NCBI GenBank assembly: GCA_043228905.1
Contig: JBHGNT010000013.1
Span: forward strand, 62,001 to 126,000
Direction of reading: 5' to 3'
Length of the DNA stretch: 64,000 nucleotides
DNA from: Azolla caroliniana
Taxonomy: Eukaryota > Plantae > Polypodiophyta
Positions 37,093 through 49,200 of the stretch are shown here, piece after piece (the first letter of the stretch is position 1; each line of letters begins with the position of its first letter). Below the pieces are notes generated by a model, which saw only the letters and a program-made list of their open reading frames with translations, had not been told where the DNA came from and searched no databases. A program made the position numbers and the translations under genes.

Positions 37093-37315
37093 ACAAGACG
37101 AGCAAGACAAGTGTATCAAGTGAGACAAGGAAAAGGAATAGTGATGCAAGTGCAATGAAGATGAAGACATGCATAAAAGTCACATTGTGATCACTCTTTT
37201 AACATTAGACTAACAAAAAAATATGGTAACACACAAATTATTAGATCTTCATGTCTAGTATCAGACAAGTCATGAAAGTTTAAGCCCATGTTATTATAAA
37301 CACGAATTCCAACCA

Positions 37316-37623
37316 AAAACCTTGTGAACCATGTTTGACAAAAGTCGGGTATTATGTTAAAATGGATGTGTAAGATAGATCAGCCAAATTTGAATAGGGT
37401 ATCACTATGTGTCTAAAACTATTTGAAACAAGTCAAATGGGTCACCACGATATGCATGTGAAATAGTCTAAAACCTTGTGAACCATGTTCGACAAAAGTC
37501 GGGTATTATGTCAAAATGGATGTGTAAGATAGATCAGCTAAATTTGAATAGGATATCACTATGTGTCTAAAACTATTTGAAACAAGTCAAATGGGTCACC
37601 ACGATATGCATGTGAAATAGTCT
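37316..37623. repeat. 154-bp tandem duplication
   Basis: 37316-37469 is repeated at 37470-37623 with few substitutions. Confidence 0.9.
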
Positions 37624-40298
37624 GTTGTTGTGATGTGGCAAGCCCAAAGGCAGAATTAGAGAATGGAGGGGAAAAAAATATTAATTCAAAAAATAATACA
37701 AATATAAATAACCTAGTGGTTAAGGTGATTGAATCCATGCGAGAATGTCTAGGGTTTGAATCTTATAAGCATTTAATGTAGGGGGGCTTTTTCTCTCCCT
37801 ATATAACAAGGGGGTTGAGGGATCAATTTGGGGTTCAACTACTTTATTGGGAGGTTAGCTCGTTTTGGGTGTTCTTGGGAAAACTTGTTCTTTTTTTCTT
37901 TTTTTCCTTGAGTGGTTTCTTGTGTGTGGTATGAGAGTGGATATTGGGCCACTTCTTCTTATTCTTCTACACCATATTGGGTTGTTTGTTGGCATTTTTC
38001 TTGCTCAAAAGAGGAAAGGAAGAGACAAAGAAAGAGGGGGTCTTCAAGAGGAGAAGAATGCAAAAGAGGGTGTGGAAAGCCATGACATCAAAAGAGTTGA
38101 GGTCATTGAAAATCATAGTTCTACCTTCCAGTTTACTTCCTATTTCTTTGTAACTATTTCCTTGTAATCATTTCTATGCATTCACCATCCATAACCACTC
38201 ATTGTAAATCATATTTTTAAAAGGGAACATCTTTGTAAACAAATTAGAGGGGTTTGTCTCAATCAAAGAATTGGTTGTATTAAGCACGAGTACTTAGTCT
38301 TAATCCCCATAATCCTTGTGTAATCAAGGTGAGCAGAGAGAAAGGGGGCGAGAGAGGTTGACTCTCGGCATCTTCAATGAGCCCATTCCTCGAAGGGTTC
38401 CTCCAACCAAGCTTTTCTCGAACAAAGGTTTCTTCAAACTAGGGTTCCTTGAACCAAGTTTTCCTAGAAAGAGATATTTCTCAAAAAAAGGGATTATATG
38501 AAGGCTACCCATGAAGGGCTCTAAATTTTTTCTTGTGGCTAGCTATGGGAGCAATTCGTTTTTGTTTCTTTGTCTTGAAATCGAACCAAACCATTTATAT
38601 AAAACAAAAACCATAGCTACTCATGGAATCGTTTCCTCCCTTGTTCAGGTTCCCGAAAAACTTTGCAATCTTCTTGTTTGACCAAAAAAACACAACCAAA
38701 TAACAAAGCCACAACCAACCATGAAATATGTGAACTAGGGAACATATTTGGTCATGCCAATAGATGCACTAGTGGACCAGGCCATGAGGACAATGCAATT
38801 TCATAGAGCTAATAGATATTATCATATTTGTTTATTATTGTTTGCATTGCCTATTCTGGCAACCCTTGCTATGAAATTGGCAATAGATAAACTATGGAAA
38901 GAAAACAAATCATGAGAAGATTTGTTATTTGATAGTAAAAACTTAATAATCATTTTGCATATCCATAATGTTTATCACCAACATCCATAATATGTTGATT
39001 GAACATTTAGCTTGGTTAGTGGTGACGATATCACTTACATGGCACATTACATTATACATGCATTGGTGGCATTGTGTTGGATGTAGGATGTCAATCTCAT
39101 CATTTGTTCCTCACTACAATGTTCAGCTACAAATTTTAAGATAATCATTATTGTCAATGATTTTTATAGATTAACATATCCTAATTTGCACAATTGTTTT
39201 CAATACACAAATTGAGTATGATGCCAAGCACAAATAACTTACACTCCTATTTAAAGTCATTTGGATTTATATTTAAAACACAACACGAGGCATGGATGTC
39301 AACCACATTCTATTGCTCTAACAATCAAGGGAATCTTGTTCCTTATGTTTCACACATTGACACTTGCAATGTCAAGTGTTCCACAGCAAAGAATTGAATG
39401 TGATTACCCTCATGGCAAGCAATTGCTAAGGTATGACCATTTCTAGGCTATACTTTCCTTGTCAAGCAATTCAACACATTGATAGAGTTTTGATGTTAGG
39501 ACCGAGAAAAGAAGAGGAGCATGTGATTATTTTACAAGAGAGCGGGTTGTTGCTTTATAACCGGATGTGCAAGTGCATTTGCCATGAATCACAGTTTAGG
39601 GTTTATTGACAACAAGCACACACATTAGCCACAATCTATTTCTTTGATCTATAGGAGGGTAATGAATACAAATACCATCATCTTATCTTGGTCCAAGGAC
39701 TTACTAACTAAGAAAAACATATCATGCTTCAATGGGCTTTTACTCAAGGAGCCAAAGCTTTACCCTCCCCCATTGAATAAGGTTGTGTTCAATTGCTACC
39801 TATGTTACAATTGGAGTGAGAAATGCATTCTTGTTTGATAGATATAGGTGCACATTCTGGAAGAAAAGTAGATTTGGAATATTTCATAGCTAAGATATCC
39901 AAGCATCATTGCTATGGACATATTGCCTTCATGTCAACTTGTCTCACAACACATTTGCCAATACATTCTTCCGTCTATCAACCTCCCCAGGGGCACATGC
40001 AATCAAGAACACCCCATTTGCATACGTGAGTTTTCCTTGTTTCCTACTTGCTTCATGTTCAATAGAGCACAATGCATCAGTCATATGATTGCGTATTATC
40101 TTGCACAAAGAGAATTTGCAAGTAAGCTCCTAACTTCCTTTCATGCGTAAGAAAAACAAAAACAAAAAACACTTACGACTGTAGTCCTCTTCAAACTACC
40201 ATTTGTGGACAAATATAAAGCTTTACATTACAATCATAAAAATGAGAAATTTATCATGATGATCAAAATATTCATTATGCACAAATACTTTAAATAAA

Positions 40299-43200
40299 TT
40301 ATAGATCCATATCTTCCAAGTCCGGCAATGGAAACCGCAAAATAGCAGCTATCCCAGAGAGTTGTGCTAGCTCTGCAACCACCACATTTTAAGCAAGCAC
40401 AGTTGAGACAATGTGCTTCAACAATTGAAACCTTGAGTGCTATAAAAACTGCAAACAATTATTAAAGTTACGAAATTACGTTCTCCAGAGACGTGCATTG
40501 ATGAAAAAATATGGACGTCCCCTCCATTTCCTTTTATGGAATCAGTCAAGTCAACATACTTTCGTCGAGTAGTGAGATCGGCATTCCTAAAAAGTCAATC
40601 TGACATCTCCATCAACATTGATATGGTGTTCATGCGACAGGGAAATCAATGGACCCTCTTAAGTACAAAATGATTATTGATTCCCCAAAAGGCATTGTCA
40701 ATGTGCAGAGCATAAAGATCATTGGAGAAAAATGAGTTTACCAGTATGCTGAAGACTCAAGCAGAATGGATTATTATAAAGTATGATGGTATAGGGAAAA
40801 AGAACCAAAAATGAATTAAAACTATTTGAGTGGTCAGCTCCTCAAAAATGGACAATGTTATCAACAGATTATAGGCGCTTACTCAGAAAAATGGTCAACT
40901 TTGGGATATATATTTTGAACTACTTCAGACATAGATGGGAAAGACTAGAACATAAATACTCGTAAATACAGATTGAGACTGGTTCTACTCATAAATACAT
41001 TGGATAGTGCCACTTACTGTTATTTGTTTAGCTACTTGAAGGTGAACCGATAATTTGCGGATTTGCTTTCTAACCAACATGTTAAAGACCTGGATAATCC
41101 AGTCCTTTGACAAAAGGGAAAAACCTGCATACACAATTCTCGCAACTACGATCAGCTTCCATGAAATCCCGTCATGTCACAAGGATGTGAAATCAGCTTT
41201 CTGTTTCACAAATCCAAAGATTTGGAAACCCAAGAATGTCTTGAAGAGTTTTGCAAAATGCTGCCCACAATGGTTATGGTCTTCTAAATTTAAGTTTATA
41301 ACATTCACTAAGTGAAAATTTTGACCAGATAGGTAGAGCCAACTTCAAGTCAGCTACTGTACTCAAAGAAAGCTGGGTTTCTAGGAATGCATGACTCATT
41401 CTTGGACTAGACAGGTAGGTCTTTAAGTTTGTGCCAACCTCAAGTCAGCTACTGTACTCATAGAAAGCTGGTTTCTAGGAATGCATGGCTGATTCTTGGG
41501 TATGAAGGTTGCAGAACAGGGCATGTATTGGGTGATCAGAAGTTCATTAAATTCAACCCGCTGTATCTGCACTCGGCCTTAATAGGTTACCAGTGGCCTC
41601 TGCTAAAGGGTATCGACTCCCAATTAATGAGTTTTTCCCACACTCTCTGATAGGATGTCTGTTTCGGGTTCAGGATTTCAGCAAACAAAGTTAAATAAGA
41701 TGCCTAAGCTGATGGCATGTGTAAGGAGGGTATTGCACTATACGGAACTGCTAGTGCCAATGACACAAGAGTGTGAGGGGGAGACATTTGTTCAAGAACT
41801 GTAGCAGGTGCTGGCTGAACATAGGCATTGGCCAGACACCACCTCTGAGTGGTGGCCTATCCTTGCCAGCTCTGACAGTCCTGAACTTTTGCTTATCCTT
41901 GCTATGATTACATCTATGAATGAGAAGGAGAAAGAAGAAAACAAAGAAACATATATACATAAAGAACAGAAAAAAACGAGAAAAAAAAAACGAAGATACA
42001 AGTAAGAGGTAGTATCCATATTGAAAAAGAAGAAGAAGAAGACATAAGAAGACGAGAAAAAGCAGTAGAAAACGAAGATGCATGTAAGAGGTGAGTATCC
42101 ATGTTACTAGATGAGTGACAAATCCACCCAATGCTATGTCGGCTATACTGGAAAGTAGCAGGTCATCAATTACCAGCAGCATGTCTTTCTGTAACAAGTT
42201 GTTTTGTTGAGGGAGCTCCCACAATCTCTGCAAGAGTGTCACTGCTTGGAGAGGGCTTCTTCATTTCCTAATCATGCAAGATATCATCATAACTAACGGT
42301 CTTTAAAGAAACTGTCAGCATCATAGAAGTCTGTCTTTATGTGTGAACGGGTGATCAGAGGATCCATAAATCCATAAATTTTAGACTTTCTAAGTTTAGA
42401 GCTCGACTAGATTAAGCTTTGAAGGTTGTACGATAGAATTAGCTACCATAGGAAGTTGTATCAATATCTTTAAGGACCAGCAATCATGTACAAAATGGAA
42501 TTAATCAGAATCTATAAAAGATGGATACATACATGCATGCATGCATGAATATTCATACAGACATATGTGTGTGTGTGTGTGTGTGTGTGTAAAAAGAACA
42601 AGGTTTTTTTGTGATGGATGTGGTGACAATTTCTTCATAAAAAAAGAAAAAGACTAGCAATCATAAATGTTTAACTCGACTGCTGTTTTGTGCAGAATCT
42701 TCATCCATTGGATCCTAGAGATTCCCTTTCTTATCTTGATAAATAGATCTCTAAAATATAAAAGCATGGATGGAGAAACTTAATATTCCATCTTGGAAAA
42801 ATATCTTTTGTATGTAGTATCTGTAGTATGCAAGATCAATGTCTGACCATACTCAATGAAAATAAACAACTTAGAGCACACACCTGAAAAGCTCATCTGT
42901 AAGCAGCAATGTCTGGATTGCAAGACGATCATGAGCAACTTCTACCTCCTTTGGACCATATATAGCTCTTGCAGGGTCCTGAAAAAATAAAGTGCAGTCA
43001 TGTAAATAAATATTTCCGTCTAAGAATTTGCATTATGATTAGTGAAAAGAGGAGGGAGATGTAGTGTTCTAAATTCTGATCCATCAGTCATACCCCGAAT
43101 TCTTATTTAAATGAATCTAGTGCTATTAGGCAATCATAGTTATCAAATTATTAGACACACTGGAATTTGCAGGGAAGAGTTCTGTCGAATTAAATATGCC

Positions 43201-46200
43201 GCAAAAGCTAATGTTTCTGATGTCCAAATTTGGATTTACTCTGGTTACAACCAAAATTGTCATTTAACAGTAAGGCTACATAGCAATATCAACGCTTGCA
43301 ATAAGTTTGGAGTATCTTTTCTCATTATTAGCAGACCTATCTTCAACCAGAGCCAACATTGTATTTTCTGAAATAAGGAAGATGTTTTTTGTACTGAGCA
43401 TAACTAGGGTTAAACAATTACCCTATTTAAAATGTTAAGAAAATAACTGCTTACATTAGAAAGCATATCGAAAAAGTCTTTCAAGGCTTTGACCTGTAAT
43501 GATATAGAGCAACTCAGCACAACCTGACAATCGAGAAAACATGTATCTGCTGAAGGTGAAAACATGCATACTACTAGCACCAGATACCTCTTTAGCAGCT
43601 TTGGTATCCATGATAAGGTTCATAACTGAAGGAGCACTAAGAACTTCTTTCAATGAATGCCTAAAAATCCAATTGGCTTTTTAATTAGTTGACTATGCAT
43701 CATTTAATTAAGTGCAAGTCAACCAAAAAACCAAAAAGAAATTTGTACTTGTAGCCTGACGAGGCATGCACAAGAACAATTTTTGCCTTGTTCTCAATGA
43801 TCATCCTAAGCTCTCTTTTTGTTGCCTCATTAAGCATGTAGTTATAAAATTGATCCTAATATAACCGAGTACAAAAACCAATGGTTATAATACTGTTTCA
43901 AAATTTTCGATCAGGAGAAGTTGCTGAAGATAACGCACCTTGGTGAATCCTGGACCAGCAATAATTAGGCAACGAATTATATTGAAATCAATATTCCTAA
44001 GGACGGCCTGTGAGCAAAACAAATGTTAGGAGAGCAACATACAACGAAAATGAAGGCGCTTATGCCAAGCAATAGAATCAAACCTGGAACACGTTTTCTA
44101 AGAACTTATTGACAGCCTGTCATAAAAGCATAACTGTTGTTTAGAATGAAAGTGGAAGATGCTTAGAAGAAAAAATGTGTCGATGGCTCTCAATGAGAGA
44201 GTGGTTGTTTTGAACTCAATAAAAATGTACCTTATCATAGCCTGCAAGTGCTGGTCCATGCTTACGTGGAATAGAAGATTCAATTCTTGCTTTTGTCGTA
44301 GTGACACTACACCCAAAAATAGAAAACCATTTATCATTAAGAAGATGTAGTACATATTTAAAAACATCCTTTCTTCAATTTGCCTTGATAAACTCACAAC
44401 AGAGAAGGTTGCAAGAGTCATTGCGAAAATGTCTCTTTACCTTTGTCCAACAAGACATACACAAGCTAAGCCCTCTTGTATCATCAAAGCAGCAACCTCA
44501 GCACTTGCAGCAGGATCTACCAGGTGCAATACGAGTGTGATGAACAAGAAATTTTCAAATAAAGAACTTTTTATGAGATACAGATAAACTCGCCACAAGC
44601 TATCTTCAAAGTTTCGACTGCTATGGAATCCCAGCAAGCCTGTGAACAAATCAATCAGTTTCCAAAAGAATATTAAAAACAGATAATATCCATTTGTGAG
44701 ATCCAATGATAATTCAAAGGACCAACATGTAGATATTACAGATGTCTTGGTGCTTTGCTAGAAGAAATGAATATCACTTTACTATCCCCTGCCCAAGGTG
44801 CTGCCATGAGTCATAGGGCTAGCAAAGTCACCTATGTGAAGATGCAAATATTCTGATAAACTAGGTCGCATTTGTTTTGCAAAAGTTGAGTACTATTGAA
44901 TTCTTTATGAGCTTTGCCGGAAGTTGTATGAGAGTATAGAAATGATTAGTACAACTTATTGTAGACAAGCACATACATGAACTTAGCAAGTCAAGCCTTA
45001 CATGTATATGCATTGGTCATTCTAGAATTCAAAACAAGCTCTAGAGACAGCAAAACTACGTAAGGTAAAGCTCTCTTCTTTGTGTTCAATATCCATCCAT
45101 TCCTAGCATTCTACCTTGCACTTACCTGGTGTAATCCTCAATGCCATGCATGTAATTGCTATTATATAAACGTTTTTGCAAATTTATGTTCAACATACTT
45201 CATAAGAGAGGCAATAAAAGTATTACAGAATCTCCATATTCTGAAGCTTCAAATATTTATCATATTTTGAGATTGATAAATCCAAAATTTAACATTTATT
45301 TTGTGTTTTAAGTCTCAAGTTTCTTTTTTTATCAGCTAATTGCTTTCTGCTTTTCAAACTCATCAATTTTACAGTATTCTTCTTTCTTTGGCACATCCAA
45401 GTTTCTTTTATCATAACATTTGAGGAGTATATTCACAGGTTTAGAATAGATTTTTCAGAAGTTCCCTGCACGAAATGATCATATTTACACATAGAGCCAA
45501 AACTTTCTTTAGATGAAAAATTGTGTACTTTTTCCATTATTCTAAGATACCAGCAAAATTAAAAAATAAATATTCTCAAACCCCTTCAACATTGATAGGA
45601 GCAAGTACCATGATTCAGGATCTTAATTTACCTTGGCTAAGGAGAATGGTCGTTGCTGGTCAATCTCCAAAGTATGATAAGCTCCTAGCTTCAAAAATTG
45701 AAATATATGAATTGATAAGGAGAATCCCAATGAAGAAACCTATTATGCCATTGCAGACCTTCACAGTGTCTTACCTTCACATGCTCATTTTCAGAGACAT
45801 TTTTTCCACGAATACGAATAATATTTGCAACATTGTCATAATCTATCACCTATCCATCATAATAGTTTAATTAGAATGAAATAAAATCACAATAAAAAGC
45901 AAACTATGTTGAAATTTACAAGAAAATGGATGTGTCAAAATTTATCTCCAAACTTATCACGTAAACATAGAGAAAATTTGGCATAGCTCAACAGAAGAGA
46001 AAAGACATGATACCTACATTATTGTTTTACCAGAGGCTTATTTTTTTGAATAGGACCCAACACCTAGTTGAGTTTTATAATATCCAAAAAGAGCAATAGC
46101 AATAGCAATTATTTAAGTCTTGACCTCCCCATTTCTTATATATTTTGCAACTCAAATACACTCCAGTGATTGGATCATGAACAATTCACCTCCATGCGTT

Positions 46201-49200
46201 CATGCAATGATAGGAGACATTTAAACATTTGTGAAGACGTGCAGTATTCGCCATCCTTTTGTAAAGCCATAATTAAAGTTTATTATTATAAATCCTTTGT
46301 GCCAAGAAATGAATATGGAAGGTTCTTTTATTTTCATATGGACAGGATCTAAAAGCCTCAATGGAAGGGTCTTTTATTTTCATACAACTCAATGTCAAGA
46401 TGCAAAATAGGCAGTGTAATGACCATGACAAATTGGGAACACGTAGATCAGCTGACTGAGGAGAGGATGACACAGGATATGGAAACATTTATTAGATGTA
46501 AGTTCTCAACAGCACCTAGTTATCTACAACAAGATGAACTCATTTCCAAATTCTAGCATCCTTCGATGTTCCCACTAAGAGGTGGCAAGATCATAGGTGG
46601 CTATATATCATTGGTTGGTACTTGTTTGTACCTTAGTTCACTTGTGAGAGTCTAGGCCTGGTTTTTCTTTGCTTAAGTTTTAGTCCTACTTTTGGGCTAA
46701 GAAATCATGACTGGCAGCAATGACAGTAGCCATCTTATGCACATCAAGAAGCTTTCATGATTGGCAGCAATGACACTAGCCATCTTATGTACATCAAGAA
46801 GCTTGAGGGTGCACATAATTTTGCACATATATCGTTGGTTGGTACTTGTTTGTACCTTAGTTCAATTGTGTGAGAGTCTAGGCCTGGTTTTTCTTTGCTT
46901 AAGTTTTGGTCCTCCTTTTGGGCTAAGAAATCATGATTGACAGCAGTGACAATAGCCATCTTATGCACATCAAGAAGCTTTCATGACTGGCAATAGTGAC
47001 AGTAGCCATCTTATGCACATCAAGAAGCTTGAGGGTGCACATAATTTTGCAGTATGGAAAAAGCAATGCTACAACATCTTGTTGCAGAAGAAGCATGCAA
47101 AGCCTATTAAAGTCAAAGGGGCAAAGCCTACAAATATAGACCAAGATGATTGGCAAGAATTGAATGAGCTTGCACACTCAACTATTGAGTTGTCAATTTC
47201 TGATGCCTTGCTGCTTAATATTGAAGGTTTGGACACTGCCTAATCTATATGGACTAGACTAGAGGAACTATATGCCCAAAAGACGGCAGCTAGCAAAGTT
47301 TATTGGCTTAAGAAACTTATGGATTTGTGCATGAAAGAGGGCACACCCATGTCAATTCACCTGAGTGAGTTCAATTCCATTTTCCGCCAACTAGTCTCAA
47401 GTACTCGTCATCCAACCACCGGATTGGACGAAACCATTCCGCATTTTCATCGACTCCTCTGATACGAAAATCGGCAATGCGTTGATGCAGTTAACAGTGC
47501 CCAACTAGTATCGGCTGGTCTATTACGCCAACGGGCATCTTTCGGCAACAGGAATTATTCGACCACCGAGAGAGAGGTCCTCGAGATGATCTATAGTATC
47601 ACCAAGTTTCGACATTACCTATTCGGCCACAAATTCACTTTTCACGCCGATCATTTGACACTCCTTTACCTCGTCACAAAACAATCTTTAACCGGCCGAC
47701 TAGCTCGATGGATGCTACTCCTACAGGAATTTGACTTTGATATACATCACAAGCCAGGAATACAGCACTCGATAGCGAACTACTTGAGTCAACTCGAATC
47801 GGGGGAGCCAACAACCGGCGTACAAGACGACTTCCCGGATGGAAAGATTTTCCGAATCAACTTGGCTGACAAGTCGATTTCAGTAATCGGTTCTCAGACG
47901 CCGAAGACAAATGGATGGACGTGCAAGGCACTTTCCCACAGGCGTGTTGTTGGAGGGTGGCAACTCTAGACTTGCACTCTCTTTCATCTTTATTATCTCT
48001 GTTCTACATTCTTTCTCTTCCTAAATTCTTCTCTCTCTAGAATCTGCAACACTTTAAATGCCTTTCCTCTTTTCCATTTCTTCCAAGATATTCCCTCTTA
48101 TTCCTAGTTTATTGTACCTGTTTGGTAGTACAAGAGTCACTTAACTACCAAACAACCATTTCACCCACTTTCCCCAATATTTTATAAATAGGCTATACCA
48201 GCCTCTTTTGTAAAGACTTCTACTTTTGCTGCTACTTAAAAACAAGCTCTACTCTTTGGTTGTCTCTACTCTTTGCAACCATTTTTTCTACTGCTGTCTA
48301 ACAGCCTTCTCATAGTTTGGTTGTGTCTATCATGTTCTAATAATTGTTCCACAACTGCTATTAACAGCTTTTCTCACATGGTATCAGAGCAGTGAGGTCT
48401 CCATATCCTCAGCCTGATTTTTTTTTGCCAAAGAGCACACCGACCTATCTTCTTTTATCCCTCCCTCCCAACCCTATAGCGGAGGTTCTCTTAGCAACCA
48501 CCCTCCCAACCTACATAGGAGGTTAATTCTTTTTTCTTTTCCGCTCATCTGAGCCTCGCCTAGCATCTAGGAAGGAGTAGAAAGACCCTGGGCATCTACT
48601 TACAGTTGCTGCAAATTGTCCAGTTGTAGCTCAAGAGGAGGATATCCATAGCCTCACATGCCACCATTGTTTCATCAACAATTCCCCAACTCCCCAAAGA
48701 GTCCATCTTGGATGGGAACAATTACTTGGATTGGGAACTGCAAATAAAGACCTTGCTATAGTACCATCGTCTATGGAATGTAGTCAATGGTCGTGACAAG
48801 AAACCACCAGTAACTTCATCCTCCTCAACCAAATCAATTGCTGGCTCATCTAACGCTGAGATTGGCTAGATAAGTATTCTCGTGCTCATGCTTTCCCACC
48901 GGTAACTTCATCCTCTTCAACCAAATCAATTGTTGGCTCATCTAACGTTGAGATTGAAGCTTGGCTAGATAAGTATTCTCGTGCTCGTCAATTTCAAAAT
49001 ACAGATGAAGAGACAGCCAATGAACTATGGGCAGCCATCAAAAAGAGGTATCATCGAGCTAATCATGCTCAAATGATAGCTATTGAGGGCGAACTAGCAA
49101 ATCTCAAGATTCATGACACTCTCAACATCATGGATCAAATAACGCAATTTGTTACTCTCCAAAAGGAACTAGTTTCTTTGGGAAGCAAGTCAACTGAAGT

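Noticed and set aside
37093-37096. ACGT target after the Trp-like LTR remnant
   Set aside because: The flank reads ACAA, so it does not support the ACGT rule; the remnant is old and its family assignment is uncertain.
41055-42242. ORFs and a ~65-bp duplication in PELOTA intron 14 as a nested gene
   Set aside because: The ORFs are low-complexity or short, with no recognisable homology or consistent splice structure.
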